The notes: generated by a model from the sequence alone, not told the origin. Counted from the stretch's first letter, positions 1-9,953 are shown. The stretch is 64,000 nucleotides of DNA from a bacterium (GCA_029548485.1 JAKPNH010000006.1:13937-77936); one strand, 5' to 3'. Program-made: numbers and translations.

Positions 1-1
1 C

Positions 2-1198
2 GAAGAAGAAATCGCCGCCGAAAAATCCGAAGTCGACCACCTTAAGGAAAACATTAAAAAAGAGCTCGTCAAATTGAGCGGCCTCACTCCCCAGGAAGCC
101 AAAGAAAAGCTTATCAAGGAAGTGGAAGACCAGCATCGGATCGAGCTCAAGGATCTGCTGCAGAAATTCGAAAAAGAAAAACGCGACGAGGTCGAGAAAA
201 GAAGTCTGGAGGTGATCACCACTTCCATCCAGCGCTACGCCCGGTCGCACGTATCCGACATCACCACCACTTCCTACACCCTTCCGAACGAAGATTTGAA
301 GGGTAAGATCATCGGCCGCGAAGGCCGGAACATCAGGACGCTCGAGAGGCTGACCGGCGTCGAGCTTATCATCGACGAAGCGCCGGACACTATCATCATT
401 TCTTCCTTTGATCCGATGCGGCGCGAAATCTGCCGCATGGCTTTGGAGAAACTGATCAAGGACGGACGCATCCAGCCGGCGAAGATCGAAGAAAAAGTCG
501 AAGAAGCGAGGCTCGAGCTCGACAAGAGGATGTACGAAATCGGCGAAGCCGCCGCTTACGAAGCCGGCGTCGTCGATTTGCCGAAAGAGATCATCCAGCT
601 TTTGGGCAGATTGAATTTCCGGACGAGCTTCGGACAGAACGTGCTTTCCCATTCGATCGAGGTGGCGGCCATCGCCGGAATGATCGCCGAAGAATTGGGA
701 ATCAACGCCGACGTTACGAGAAAAGCGGCTTTGCTCCACGACATCGGCAAGGCGATCGACCACGAAGTCGCCGGCAACCACGTCGAACTCGGCATCAAGA
801 TCCTGAAAAAATACAGCGTCGACGACCGAGTGGTCACGGCCATGCAATCCCATCACGAGGATTATCCGTTTTCTTCGCCGGAATCGTTCATCGTGGCCAC
901 GGCCGACATCGTTTCGGCGGCGAGACCGGGGGCGAGAAGGGGAACTCTCGAAAACTACCTCAAGAGACTGGAGGATCTGGAAAAGATCGCCTCAACCTTC
1001 GAAGGAGTGAAGAATTCTTACGCCATTTCCGCCGGCCGGGAGCTCCGGGTCTTTGTCGTGCCGGAGAAAATCGACGATTTCGGGGCTTTACAACTCGCCA
1101 AGAATATTGCGGCGAAAATCGAAGCCGAGCTTAAATATCCGGGCGACATCAAGGTGAATATCATCAGGGAAGTCAGGGCCGTGGAATACGCGAGATAG
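2..1198 (+). CDS. rny: Ribonuclease Y (5' end lies before the window)
   Basis: KH motif KGKIIGREGRNIR and HD domain (LLHDIGK, SAARPGARR); frame is open back to the window start. Confidence 0.95.
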   Translation, partial: EEEIAAEKSEVDHLKENIKKELVKLSGLTPQEAKEKLIKEVEDQHRIELKDLLQKFEKEKRDEVEKRSLEVITTSIQRYARSHVSDITTTSYTLPNEDLKGKIIGREGRNIRTLERLTGVELIIDEAPDTIIISSFDPMRREICRMALEKLIKDGRIQPAKIEEKVEEARLELDKRMYEIGEAAAYEAGVVDLPKEIIQLLGRLNFRTSFGQNVLSHSIEVAAIAGMIAEELGINADVTRKAALLHDIGKAIDHEVAGNHVELGIKILKKYSVDDRVVTAMQSHHEDYPFSSPESFIVATADIVSAARPGARRGTLENYLKRLEDLEKIASTFEGVKNSYAISAGRELRVFVVPEKIDDFGALQLAKNIAAKIEAELKYPGDIKVNIIREVRAVEYAR

Positions 1199-1284
1199 CT
1201 TTGCGCTTGGCTTTTTGCCCCTGGTTTGCTATTATTGGCTTAATAAATCGGAAAAGGTCGATTGATAAAAAGCCCAACTTATTC

Positions 1285-1560
1285 ATGAAAAAATCAGGAC
1301 TTGTCGAGGCAGTGATGAAAGCCGCCAACATCGATACGAAAAAACAGGCCGAGATGGCGGTTGAAGCTGTATTCGATACCATTGTGAAGACCATGAGCCG
1401 TGGCGAAGAAGTGGCTATCACCGGATTTGGCACTTTCAGAGTCGCCAAACGCGCAGCGCGAATGGGAATAAATCCGAAAACCGGAGAAAAGATCCATATC
1501 GCGGCCTCGGTCAAACCGAAATTCCGCGCCGGCAAAATGCTGAAAGAAGCCGTTTTGTAA
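1285..1560 (+). CDS. hup: HU family DNA-binding protein
   Basis: GFGTF...RMGINPKTGEKI...PKFRAGK; start moved to ATG 1285 (91 aa). Confidence 0.93.
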   Translation: MKKSGLVEAVMKAANIDTKKQAEMAVEAVFDTIVKTMSRGEEVAITGFGTFRVAKRAARMGINPKTGEKIHIAASVKPKFRAGKMLKEAVL

Positions 1561-1595
1561 ACGCTTCCACACTTATTCCGAAAAAATCCTCCGGG

Positions 1596-2474
1596 CTACT
1601 GGAGGATTTTTTTGACGCTTTGGCTGATTTGCAAAAAAACGTCGTAGCTCGATTTCAGATTGGTGAGGCTGGCTTCAGCCAGTTCCTTGGGATTCACCAC
1701 TTTCGGCGTCGGCTCTTCGTTGACGGCTGTGGCCGTATTTTCAGATGGCGCAGTCGTTATCTCCGTCGTTGTCAAAGGAGCGCTTTCTTCCGTCAAAGCT
1801 TCGGTTTCGAAATCTTTGAGTATATGCTCTTTGGCGTCGGCTCCGAGGCTTATCGCGTCATTGATGTATTTTTTGGCTTTCTGCATATTGGCATCGAAAT
1901 ACCCGGGACTGACGAAAGCTCCCCGTTCGAGTTTTTTCAAGTCGGAATCGATTTTCTGCCAGCGGGTTTCGGCCGTGGCGATCAGGCCGTCGATCTGGTT
2001 CAAAAGGATGAAATTGGTAATGCGTTCGATCTTTTTATTGTAGTTCTCGTCCCGATAATCCTTGATTTTCTGGGCTAAGGCTTTTATTTCGTCCATGCTC
2101 GCGAGCTTGTCGACGATTCCGGCCTGTTCTCCGTAAAAGGCTTTGGCCGATTCCAGATATTCGAGCGAAGATTTTTGGAAAGCCGAAACGCGCTCGTCCT
2201 TGGTTTTTAGGGCCTTGAACGAAGTCTCCAGGCCCGAGATTTCTTTCAAAGAAAGGGACAGGGCGTCTTTGACCACCTGTTTCCTGGCTTCCAATTCTTT
2301 GGCCAGGCGTTCGACGTCGCTCATCGATTTGTCGTCTTTCACCTCGATCAGCTGATTGACGCTCGTCGTCAGGTTTTCGGCGTTCGCCTTGGTTTCGGCT
2401 CCCAAAACCGGCTTCGGGAAGAACGCGATGAGAGAAACGAGGCCGGCGGCGATTATAAAGTTCGTTTTTTTCAT
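1596..2474 (-). CDS. Secreted helical/coiled-coil hypothetical protein
   Basis: Signal-peptide-like N-terminus; last gene of the ECF sigma operon. Confidence 0.75.
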   Translation of the reverse strand: MKKTNFIIAAGLVSLIAFFPKPVLGAETKANAENLTTSVNQLIEVKDDKSMSDVERLAKELEARKQVVKDALSLSLKEISGLETSFKALKTKDERVSAFQKSSLEYLESAKAFYGEQAGIVDKLASMDEIKALAQKIKDYRDENYNKKIERITNFILLNQIDGLIATAETRWQKIDSDLKKLERGAFVSPGYFDANMQKAKKYINDAISLGADAKEHILKDFETEALTEESAPLTTTEITTAPSENTATAVNEEPTPKVVNPKELAEASLTNLKSSYDVFLQISQSVKKILQ

Positions 2475-2475
2475 T

Positions 2476-2934
2476 TTAGAAAATCACTTGGTCCAAGAGA
2501 ATGTCGACGTCGCCGGTGCCGGAATCGATTTTCAGGCTTTCGGCTTCTTTCATCAAAAGGTTTTGGTTCAAATGGGACGGGCCTTCGGCCGCGGCTTCGG
2601 AAAGGGCCATCGAAGTTTTCGAAGCGAGCTCCGAATGGTAATTGATTTCGGCCAAAGTGATGTTGATTTGATCTTGGGATAAGGCGGTTTCTTCTTCGAA
2701 TTTTTCCAGGTTGGCGATGGAATAGGAAGAAACAGCCGCGTTTTGGGCCATGAATACCACGAGCATGGCGGTCAGGGCAAGCGAAAGGCTCAAACCGAGG
2801 TTCCTCCAGAGGTCGATTTTGATTGCGGGTTTGGCGGATGCCGAAGCGAGCAGATCTTCCCGGCACATCAAAGCGAAGCCTTTGTCGGGCTGTATTTTTC
2901 TAAAATTCTTCAATTGGGATTCTATCTGTTCCAT
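2476..2934 (-). CDS. Single-TM protein, putative anti-sigma factor
   Basis: One central TM segment; directly downstream of the ECF sigma gene. Confidence 0.6.
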   Translation of the reverse strand: MEQIESQLKNFRKIQPDKGFALMCREDLLASASAKPAIKIDLWRNLGLSLSLALTAMLVVFMAQNAAVSSYSIANLEKFEEETALSQDQINITLAEINYHSELASKTSMALSEAAAEGPSHLNQNLLMKEAESLKIDSGTGDVDILLDQVIF

Positions 2935-2937
2935 TGC

Positions 2938-3477
2938 TTATTTTTCTTCGGCCATCAGCTTTTTCAGTTTTTGGATGGCTCGGTGCTGGATCAATTTGAC
3001 GGCTCCTTCGCTTTTGTCGACGGCGGCCGCGGTTTCTTTGATGGAAAGTTCGTCCACGAACCTCATGATGACGACTGTCTGCTCCGTGTCTTTGAGTTCT
3101 CTCATGGCCCGAGCGAGTTTTTCCGTTTCCCGGGAAATATCGAGATCGGCTTCCGGGTCGATTCCTTCTGCGGGGAAAACACGGCAGTCTTCGAGGGAAA
3201 CATTCGGCCGCAAGCGGCGATAATAATCAACGGTGAGGTTTCTGGCTATGCGATAAAGCCAGCTCGAAAAAGGGTAGCCCCGGTCGTCGTAGTTTCGGAT
3301 GTTTCTCCAGGCTTGTAAAAAAACTTGGTGGGTAAGGTCTTCGGCCTCCTCACGATGGCCTGTTTTCAGCAGGACGAAACGATATATCTTCGGCAAGTAT
3401 TCGTCGTACAGCAGGCCAAAAGCCTCGGCCTCCCCACCTTTTGCACGGATAATTAAATTTCGCTCGTCCTCTAACAT
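2938..3477 (-). CDS. ECF (sigma-70 group 4) RNA polymerase sigma factor
   Basis: AEDLTHQVFLQAW, FSSWLYRIARN, region 4 HTH (ETAAAVDKSEGAVKLIQHRA). Confidence 0.95.
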   Translation of the reverse strand: MLEDERNLIIRAKGGEAEAFGLLYDEYLPKIYRFVLLKTGHREEAEDLTHQVFLQAWRNIRNYDDRGYPFSSWLYRIARNLTVDYYRRLRPNVSLEDCRVFPAEGIDPEADLDISRETEKLARAMRELKDTEQTVVIMRFVDELSIKETAAAVDKSEGAVKLIQHRAIQKLKKLMAEEK

Positions 3478-3479
3478 AG

Positions 3480-3507
3480 AAAACGTTTAGACCCGTAAAG
3501 AGTTACA
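3480..3507 (-). promoter_or_regulatory. Putative ECF-type autoregulatory promoter
   Basis: TGTAAC-N16-CGT on the minus strand, ending just before the sigma ATG. Confidence 0.55.
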
Positions 3508-3754
3508 GGGTTTCCCGGAGCTCTTCAAGGGGGTTGAGTTCCGCTTCCAAGCCGCTTAGGGATTCCAAATCAAGGTCCGGCGTTGTCGGTTCTTCGACGG
3601 CCGAAAGCCCTTCGTTCGCGTTTCCGATGCGACTGGCCTGCTCGGTTTCCTGGTTTTCCGGGGCCGCGGCCGTTTGCGTATGGAGCGAATCGTAAAGATA
3701 GAACATTCCCATGAATACGGCCAAGATGACGATAATGCCCCAAGAGTTTTTCAT
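3503..3754 (-). CDS. Small membrane-anchored hypothetical protein
   Basis: N-terminal TM helix, acidic tail. Confidence 0.7.
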   Translation of the reverse strand: MKNSWGIIVILAVFMGMFYLYDSLHTQTAAAPENQETEQASRIGNANEGLSAVEEPTTPDLDLESLSGLEAELNPLEELRETL

Positions 3755-3857
3755 GGTTTGATCTTAACAGATTTTCGGCTCCGGAGGAAGATGCCTGCGA
3801 TCGGCGCGCTTTAAATAGTTTCTTTTTGGAAACCGGTTTTTTCGATATACTTAAACC

Positions 3858-4847
3858 ATGTTCGACGTGATCGCCATCGGTTCGGCCGTATACGACGGTT
3901 TTATGGAAGTGGATTTGAAAGAGATCAAGGATAAAAACACCGCTTCCGGGAAATCGTTGAGATTGCCTCTCGGCGAAAAAATATCCGGGAAGAGCGTTTC
4001 TTTCGAAATCGGCGGCAACGCCGTAAACGCCGCCGTCACTTTCAGCCGGCAGGGCTATCGCGCGGGAATCTGCGCGAGAATCGGCCGGGATATCCGGGGA
4101 GAAGAAATCCGCCGCCGATTGATTGAAGAAAAAATAAAATTCGATTTTATGGAAATAGATCCCCGGCTTCGAACCAGTTTTTCGGCCATCTTCCTTTCCC
4201 GAGGGGAACGGACGATCATTAATTTTCCGGGAAGCGGCAACGATTTGTCGCTCGCCGGGATTTTGGAAGCCAAACCCAGAACCAAATGGTTCTACGTGTC
4301 TTTGCCCGGAGATTCTTATAAGGCGCTGCCGGGCATCGTCTCTTTGGCGAAAGAACAGTCGGCTAAAATCGCTTTCAATCCGACAGCGCGCCATATCCAA
4401 AACTCCAAGCAAGCCATTCTAAAGCTTTTGCCGAAGATCGATTTTTTGGTTTTGAACGAAACCGAAGCCTCGATGCTGACCGGCATCGATTTCAAGGATC
4501 CGGAGAAGGCTTTTAAAAAACTCGACAAAGCTATGCCCGGGATCCTGGCAGTCACTTACGGCACCAAGGGCGCGGCTGTTTCCGACGGACGCTTCGTCTA
4601 CCGGACGGGAATTTTCAAAAACAAAAAGACCGTTGACCGCACCGGCGCCGGAGACGCTTTCGGGTCGGGTTTTATTTCCGGCCTGATGAGGGGAGACATC
4701 GAACTCGCCATCAGACTGGGGCTCGCGAACGCCGCTTCGGTCGTCGAAGCGGTCGGGGCGAACAAAAACAGCCTTACCAGAGGGGATTTCGAAAAATCCA
4801 GCCGTTGGTCAGAGGTCTCGATAAAAACAAAAAAGATCAATCCATAA
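3858..4847 (+). CDS. PfkB/ribokinase family carbohydrate kinase
   Basis: GGNAVNAA and DRTGAGDAFGSG signatures. Confidence 0.93.
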   Translation: MFDVIAIGSAVYDGFMEVDLKEIKDKNTASGKSLRLPLGEKISGKSVSFEIGGNAVNAAVTFSRQGYRAGICARIGRDIRGEEIRRRLIEEKIKFDFMEIDPRLRTSFSAIFLSRGERTIINFPGSGNDLSLAGILEAKPRTKWFYVSLPGDSYKALPGIVSLAKEQSAKIAFNPTARHIQNSKQAILKLLPKIDFLVLNETEASMLTGIDFKDPEKAFKKLDKAMPGILAVTYGTKGAAVSDGRFVYRTGIFKNKKTVDRTGAGDAFGSGFISGLMRGDIELAIRLGLANAASVVEAVGANKNSLTRGDFEKSSRWSEVSIKTKKINP

Positions 4848-4852
4848 GCATC

Positions 4853-6100
4853 ATGTCCGCTTCGGAAAAAATCGGTCAGATATTGCGAACCCCGGCCGCT
4901 GTTCTCGAAAAAGCCGACCAGGCCTTGGTCGCGGTTTCCGGTAAAACCGACGTTCTCGATAAAATCGTCGAAGAAAACGAAAAAACGATCAGAACCAGAC
5001 TCGATGACCTGGGTCTCGGAAGGAACGTCTACGCGAGCGAGGTCTACGACAGCCTTATCAGCCGCATCGAATCCGACGACAACAAGCTTTTCGAGGCTTT
5101 GGGAAGCCCTTCGTTCAAGTCGTCCGGCGATTGGCAAAAAGTACTGGACGCGGCGAAGCGGGCGGCCGGATCGCCCAGGGGATTTTTCATCAAAGAAGAA
5201 AAAGCCAAAGAATTTATTTTGAGCGAGCCGCCGCTAAACATAATGGGCCTCCTCGGCTACGATTCGGCTTCGGAGATGCTGGCCAAAGAGAATCTTTTCG
5301 AGGTTTTCGCCGCCTTGCGTTTCGTGGAGGGGAACGAATGGCTGAACAATGTTTTCTTCAGACAATACGAGTCTCTTGTCGCTTCGGATCTTGAAGAGCG
5401 TCCGGTGGAGGCGATCGCCTTGTCCGACCGCTGGCTTAAGGCGAGCGAGGGGTTCATCAAGAAGAAATACCACAACATCAGCCACTTGAAAGAACTGGGC
5501 GTGATCTTCAGCCTGCCGCTGCATCTCGTGATTTCCGGAGAGCTTTTGAGGAATTTCAGCTTGATCCTTCATTACTTCAACGAAGTCGATTTTTATTCGG
5601 ATATTTTCAGGGGCTACAAAGACGACGCTGATTTCGCGAAAAAGATAATCGTTCTCCTGAAGGGAGAAAGCGACGAACCGCGTCCGGCTTTCGACGGCCG
5701 GAATTGGCTTATTTTGCCGCGTTATCTCGCCAAAGACGACGAGAACGACCCGAGGCTTTTCGCTCCCCACGTGAACCCCGAGGCTTTTCATTGGAAGAAA
5801 GCCGAAAGAATGCTTTCCTTGATGGGGAAAAACGTCTGGAACATAGATTTTTCTTTTTGGGACGAGCTGAATTGGGTCGGCGACATGTTCCGCGACAATT
5901 CCCAAGGAGAAAAGCTCGTCAGTTTCAATTTGGTGGATACGGTCATGTCTCTCGTCAAGGAAAAGGAAATGATAAAGTACCTTTACCACCACCAGGAAGC
6001 GCTTTGGAACAGGATCATCATCGAGCATCTGGGCGAGGCTTCGGTCGAAGAAGCCGCAAGAAGCAATCTGGTTTACGGGTGGTTCGACATTGCCAAATGA
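4853..6100 (+). CDS. Hypothetical protein between PfkB kinase and fba
   Basis: 415-aa ORF with host-like codons; ATGA overlap with fba. Confidence 0.8.
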   Translation: MSASEKIGQILRTPAAVLEKADQALVAVSGKTDVLDKIVEENEKTIRTRLDDLGLGRNVYASEVYDSLISRIESDDNKLFEALGSPSFKSSGDWQKVLDAAKRAAGSPRGFFIKEEKAKEFILSEPPLNIMGLLGYDSASEMLAKENLFEVFAALRFVEGNEWLNNVFFRQYESLVASDLEERPVEAIALSDRWLKASEGFIKKKYHNISHLKELGVIFSLPLHLVISGELLRNFSLILHYFNEVDFYSDIFRGYKDDADFAKKIIVLLKGESDEPRPAFDGRNWLILPRYLAKDDENDPRLFAPHVNPEAFHWKKAERMLSLMGKNVWNIDFSFWDELNWVGDMFRDNSQGEKLVSFNLVDTVMSLVKEKEMIKYLYHHQEALWNRIIIEHLGEASVEEAARSNLVYGWFDIAK

Positions 6101-6996
6101 AAAAACTGATCGAATACATCGCTGAAGCGGAAAAAGGAGGTTATGCTCTGGGGCATTTTAATTTTTCCGATCTGGCGACCCTGAAAGGAATCGTTTCCGG
6201 TTTCGAAAAAGCGCAAAAAGAGATTTCCGGAGAAATCGCTTTGATCGTCGGGCTTTCCGGGGGCGAGAGGGATTTTATCGGATCGAGACAAGCCGTGAGT
6301 CTTGTTAAAAGCTATCGCGAGGCGGGTCTTCCGGTATTTTTGAACGCGGACCACACTAAGTCGTTGGAAAAGGCGATCGAAGCGGCCAAGGACGGATTCG
6401 ACGCCGTGCTTTTCGACGCCGGACGCGAGCCGATCGAAAAAAACATCGAACGCACCAAAGAAGCGGTCGCGGCCATCAGGGAAATCGATCAGGGGATCGT
6501 CACCGAGGGCGAACTCGGATTCTTGGGCGAAGGCTCGCGGATTTTCTCCGAAATCCCCGAAGCCGCGGATTGGTCTCCGGAAAAAATGACGACCCCCGAA
6601 GAGGCGATGAGGTTTGTCGAAGAAACCGGAGTGGATCTCGTGGCCCCGGCCGTCGGCAACATCCACGGTTTGATCGCGGAAAAAGGAGGAGTCTTCGAGA
6701 ATCCCGAACTCGATTTGGATCGGATCGGAAGAATCAAGGAAGCGGTTGTCGCGGCCATGGTTCTCCACGGTGGCTCCGGAATCAAAGACGAGGAGTTGAA
6801 AGCCGCGGTTTCCCGGGGCATGGTTGTCGTCCACATAAGTTCCGAGCTTCGGCTCGCTTGGAGAAAAGGATTGGAAAAGAGTTTTGCCGGAGATCCGGGA
6901 GAAATCGCGCCCTACAAGCTTTTGCGGCCGTCAACGGAAGCGATCGCGGATATGGTTTTCCAAAAGTTGAAATTACTGAACTCTGTGTTATACTGA
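6097..6996 (+). CDS. fba: Class II fructose-bisphosphate aldolase
   Basis: FLNADH, EGELG, VGNIHG, VLHGGSG; ATG 6097 overlaps the upstream stop. Confidence 0.92.
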   Translation: MKKLIEYIAEAEKGGYALGHFNFSDLATLKGIVSGFEKAQKEISGEIALIVGLSGGERDFIGSRQAVSLVKSYREAGLPVFLNADHTKSLEKAIEAAKDGFDAVLFDAGREPIEKNIERTKEAVAAIREIDQGIVTEGELGFLGEGSRIFSEIPEAADWSPEKMTTPEEAMRFVEETGVDLVAPAVGNIHGLIAEKGGVFENPELDLDRIGRIKEAVVAAMVLHGGSGIKDEELKAAVSRGMVVVHISSELRLAWRKGLEKSFAGDPGEIAPYKLLRPSTEAIADMVFQKLKLLNSVLY

Positions 6997-7011
6997 ACCG
7001 CGTAAAATAAT

Positions 7012-7665
7012 ATGGCTATTTTGTTGAAAGCAGAAAAAAGAGACATTTTCGGGAAAAAGACCGAAGCTTTGCGCCAAGCCGGAAAAGTGCCGGCCGAGCT
7101 TTACGGCCACGACACCGATAATCTGCATTTGGCGGTTTCGGCCAAAGATCTTCGTAAGGTTTTCCAGGAAGCCGGCGGAAACGTCGTCGTCGATTTGGAA
7201 ATCGAAGGCGCGAAACATCCGGTTTTGATCCACGACACCTCCGTCGATCCGATTAGCGACGAATTTAAGAGCGTGGATTTCTATAAGGTAAGAATGGACG
7301 AAGAGATCGTTTCTTCCGTGCCTTTGGAATTCGTGGGTGTCGCTCCGGCGGTGAAAGACCTGGGCGGCATTTTGGTGAAAGCGATGGACGAGGTGGAAGT
7401 CGAAGCTTTGCCCGCCAATCTGCCCAAAGCCCTCGAAATCGACGTCTCGGGGCTTGTCGAGCTCGGTCAGAGCCTGTTCGTGAAAGATATTCCCGCGAAG
7501 GGAGACTTTAAGATCGTCGTTGACCCGGAGACCGTGATCGCCACGATTTCCGAACCGAAAGAAGAAGTCGAAGTCGCTCCGGCGACTGTCGAGTCCGTGG
7601 TTGTCGAAACCGAAGAAAAGAAAGCCGCGCGGGAATCCGAACAAGCGGCCGAGGCTGAGGAATAA
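7012..7665 (+). CDS. rplY: 50S ribosomal protein bL25 (Ctc type)
   Basis: LRQAGKVPAELYG, VDFYKV, C-terminal beta domain and acidic tail. Confidence 0.95.
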   Translation: MAILLKAEKRDIFGKKTEALRQAGKVPAELYGHDTDNLHLAVSAKDLRKVFQEAGGNVVVDLEIEGAKHPVLIHDTSVDPISDEFKSVDFYKVRMDEEIVSSVPLEFVGVAPAVKDLGGILVKAMDEVEVEALPANLPKALEIDVSGLVELGQSLFVKDIPAKGDFKIVVDPETVIATISEPKEEVEVAPATVESVVVETEEKKAARESEQAAEAEE

Positions 7666-7689
7666 TCCGAAATCTGCTAAAATTATCTC

Positions 7690-9102
7690 ATGAGACTTAA
7701 ACCGAAAGTCTTGGTTGACGTTAAGTGCAAAATAAACGCTTTTTCCGGTTTAAAGCCGATTCTTAATTTGTCTTTTAGGCCGGTTTTGAGGAGCGTTCCC
7801 GACATTTTGAAAAAAACCGCCATTTTCGGCGTTCTTCTCGGAGTTTTGATGTTTAACCTGGCGTCGGCTCCGACCGCCGAATTCACGGCCGCCGCCGTGA
7901 GCTCGGTCGAGGAGCGGGCGGCTTTGCAGGCCGAACTCGACGCCCTTGAAAGTCAGATCACCGAATACGAGAAAACCATTTCCGCTTATCAGGCCCAAGG
8001 TAAGACTTTGACGAGCGAGATCAACAAGCTTGTCGCCAAGGTCAACCAGCTGAATTTGCAGATCAAGTCGGTCAATCTCCAAATCAAGAAATTGGACGAC
8101 GACATCGTCGTTACCACCAATAGGATCGCCGAGACGTCGGAAGAGATCAAGAGTAGTCAGCAGGTGATCGCCGTCGCTCTTCAGAAAATCGCCATGAGCG
8201 AGGACCATAGCGTTCTCGAAATCCTACTCCAGAATCCCCAGCTTTCCGATTTTTTCACGAACATCAACAACCTGATGGATATGGAAGACAGCCTGCGTTT
8301 GGCGGTGAGGCAACTGAACGCCTTGAAACAGGATTACGTCGACCAGAACGAACAGCTTAAAATCGCGAAAAGCGACGCCGCCGAACTGAAACAATATCAG
8401 GAATCCCAAAGAAGCTCCTTGGAATCCTTGAAGACGGAAAAAGACAGCCTTCTCGAAGAAACCAAGGGAAAGGAAAGCGTTTATCAACAAATACTCACGG
8501 AAAAGAAAAAGACCGCGGCCCAGATCAGAAGCCGGATATTCGAGCTTTTGGGCGGAGGCGAATTGACTTTTGAGAAAGCTTACGAGTTGGCTTCGGCCGC
8601 GGAAAAAGCCACCGGAGTCAGGGCGGCCCTGATTTTGGCGGTTCTCGACCGGGAATCGGCTCTCGGTCGTAATACGGGCCGATGCAATTACAAAACCGCC
8701 ATGCATCCGACCCGGGACATTCCGGCATTTCTCAAGATCACGAGCGAATTGAATCTTGACCCGAACAGCACCCTGGTTTCTTGTCCGATTGTCGCCGACG
8801 GCGCTTACGGCGGTGCCATCGGTCCGGCACAGTTTTTGCCGTCGACCTGGATGCTCTATAAAACGCGGCTCGCGGCCCTCGTCGGCGTGGCCGTTCCCAA
8901 CCCTTGGAACAACAGCCACGCTTTCTTCGCCACGGCGCTTTATCTGAAAGACGCCGGAGCGGCCTCCAACGAAAAAATGGCGGCGGCCAAATACTATTGC
9001 GGTTCCAACTGGTCGAGATACGTCTGCACTAATGTTTACGCCGCCGCAGTCCTGAAAAAAGCGGCCGAATTCCAAGACGACATCGACGTTTTAAACAGCT
9101 GA
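7690..9102 (+). CDS. Coiled-coil peptidoglycan hydrolase with C-terminal lytic transglycosylase (SLT/MltB-like) domain
   Basis: Long coiled coil, then RES...GGAIGPAQFLPSTW; exact start uncertain. Confidence 0.85.
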   Translation: MRLKPKVLVDVKCKINAFSGLKPILNLSFRPVLRSVPDILKKTAIFGVLLGVLMFNLASAPTAEFTAAAVSSVEERAALQAELDALESQITEYEKTISAYQAQGKTLTSEINKLVAKVNQLNLQIKSVNLQIKKLDDDIVVTTNRIAETSEEIKSSQQVIAVALQKIAMSEDHSVLEILLQNPQLSDFFTNINNLMDMEDSLRLAVRQLNALKQDYVDQNEQLKIAKSDAAELKQYQESQRSSLESLKTEKDSLLEETKGKESVYQQILTEKKKTAAQIRSRIFELLGGGELTFEKAYELASAAEKATGVRAALILAVLDRESALGRNTGRCNYKTAMHPTRDIPAFLKITSELNLDPNSTLVSCPIVADGAYGGAIGPAQFLPSTWMLYKTRLAALVGVAVPNPWNNSHAFFATALYLKDAGAASNEKMAAAKYYCGSNWSRYVCTNVYAAAVLKKAAEFQDDIDVLNS

Positions 9103-9111
9103 TTTTCCTTT

Positions 9112-9141
9112 TAATAATCCCGCCGAAGAGGCGGGATTATT
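9112..9141. terminator. Bidirectional intrinsic terminator
   Basis: AATAATCCCGCC-GAAGA-GGCGGGATTATT between convergent units. Confidence 0.7.
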
Positions 9142-9145
9142 GATG

Positions 9146-9217
9146 AGCGAGAAACGGGAATCGAACCCGCGTATCCTGCTTGGAAGGCAGGCGCACTAGC
9201 CACTGTGCTATTCTCGC
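9146..9217 (-). tRNA. tRNA-Gly(TCC)
   Basis: Cloverleaf, CCTGC-CTTCCAA-GCAGG anticodon arm; no encoded CCA. Confidence 0.93.
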
Positions 9218-9224
9218 CTTCGGC

Positions 9225-9404
9225 TCAATAGGGAGGCGCGGTCGGGCCTTTGACCGTCGGCTGGCCGTTCGGACCGAACGTCTGCTGCGGCGTCGGGGTT
9301 TCCGGAAGTTCGGACTCGGCCATCCGCCATTTATAATAAGCGGTAAAAACCAAGATCGCAACGGCCGCGATAAGCAGAATGACTGAAGCTTTTTTGGAAT
9401 TCAT
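9225..9404 (-). CDS. 59-aa single-TM protein (not in ORF track)
   Basis: MNSKKASVILLIAAVAILVFTAYYKWRMAESELPETPTPQQTFGPNGQPTVKGPTAPPY. Confidence 0.65.
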   Translation of the reverse strand: MNSKKASVILLIAAVAILVFTAYYKWRMAESELPETPTPQQTFGPNGQPTVKGPTAPPY

Positions 9405-9490
9405 ATATCTATTTTAAAACAACGGATGTTTTTTAGAAATATGCGTCAGTTAAAGAACTAGCCCACATAAGTGGGCTAGAATCGTTTGCG

Positions 9491-9898
9491 TTATTGGGTT
9501 AGGCGTTCAATGAAATGAGCGATGTTCTTTTGTTCAAGCATGATTCCTCTCGAGAGCAACATTCCTCCGCCAATGAATGCCGGAAAGGCGGCAATTCCTA
9601 AGCCGATGATTAGCGCGTTGGAAGTGCTATGAAGAAAGGGCGAATATCCGACGAGCCGTTCGATCGCTCCGACCGAATCACGGAAGAAGGCTACGATCCC
9701 TCCTGACCCGATGTGGAAAAGCGTGATTCCGCCGGCAATGAAAAGCACAGCTCCTGACCATATCAGGTTAGAAGCCGAGTTGAAGAAGCCGACGGCCCTT
9801 TCGATTCGCTCTTTGTCCTTTTCGTCCGGACGCATTTCGCGTTGGACGACAGACAAAAAGTCCTTGCTCCAGTAATCTCTAGAATCCACCTTCCTCAC
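9491..9898 (-). CDS. Orphan two-TM membrane protein
   Basis: Two hydrophobic segments; own TTGACA promoter upstream. Confidence 0.65.
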   Translation of the reverse strand: MRKVDSRDYWSKDFLSVVQREMRPDEKDKERIERAVGFFNSASNLIWSGAVLFIAGGITLFHIGSGGIVAFFRDSVGAIERLVGYSPFLHSTSNALIIGLGIAAFPAFIGGGMLLSRGIMLEQKNIAHFIERLTQ

Positions 9899-9953
9899 CC
9901 CTCAAAGACCTTATTAGTTATATTTAATATAACAATTTAGAGAGATTGTCAAA

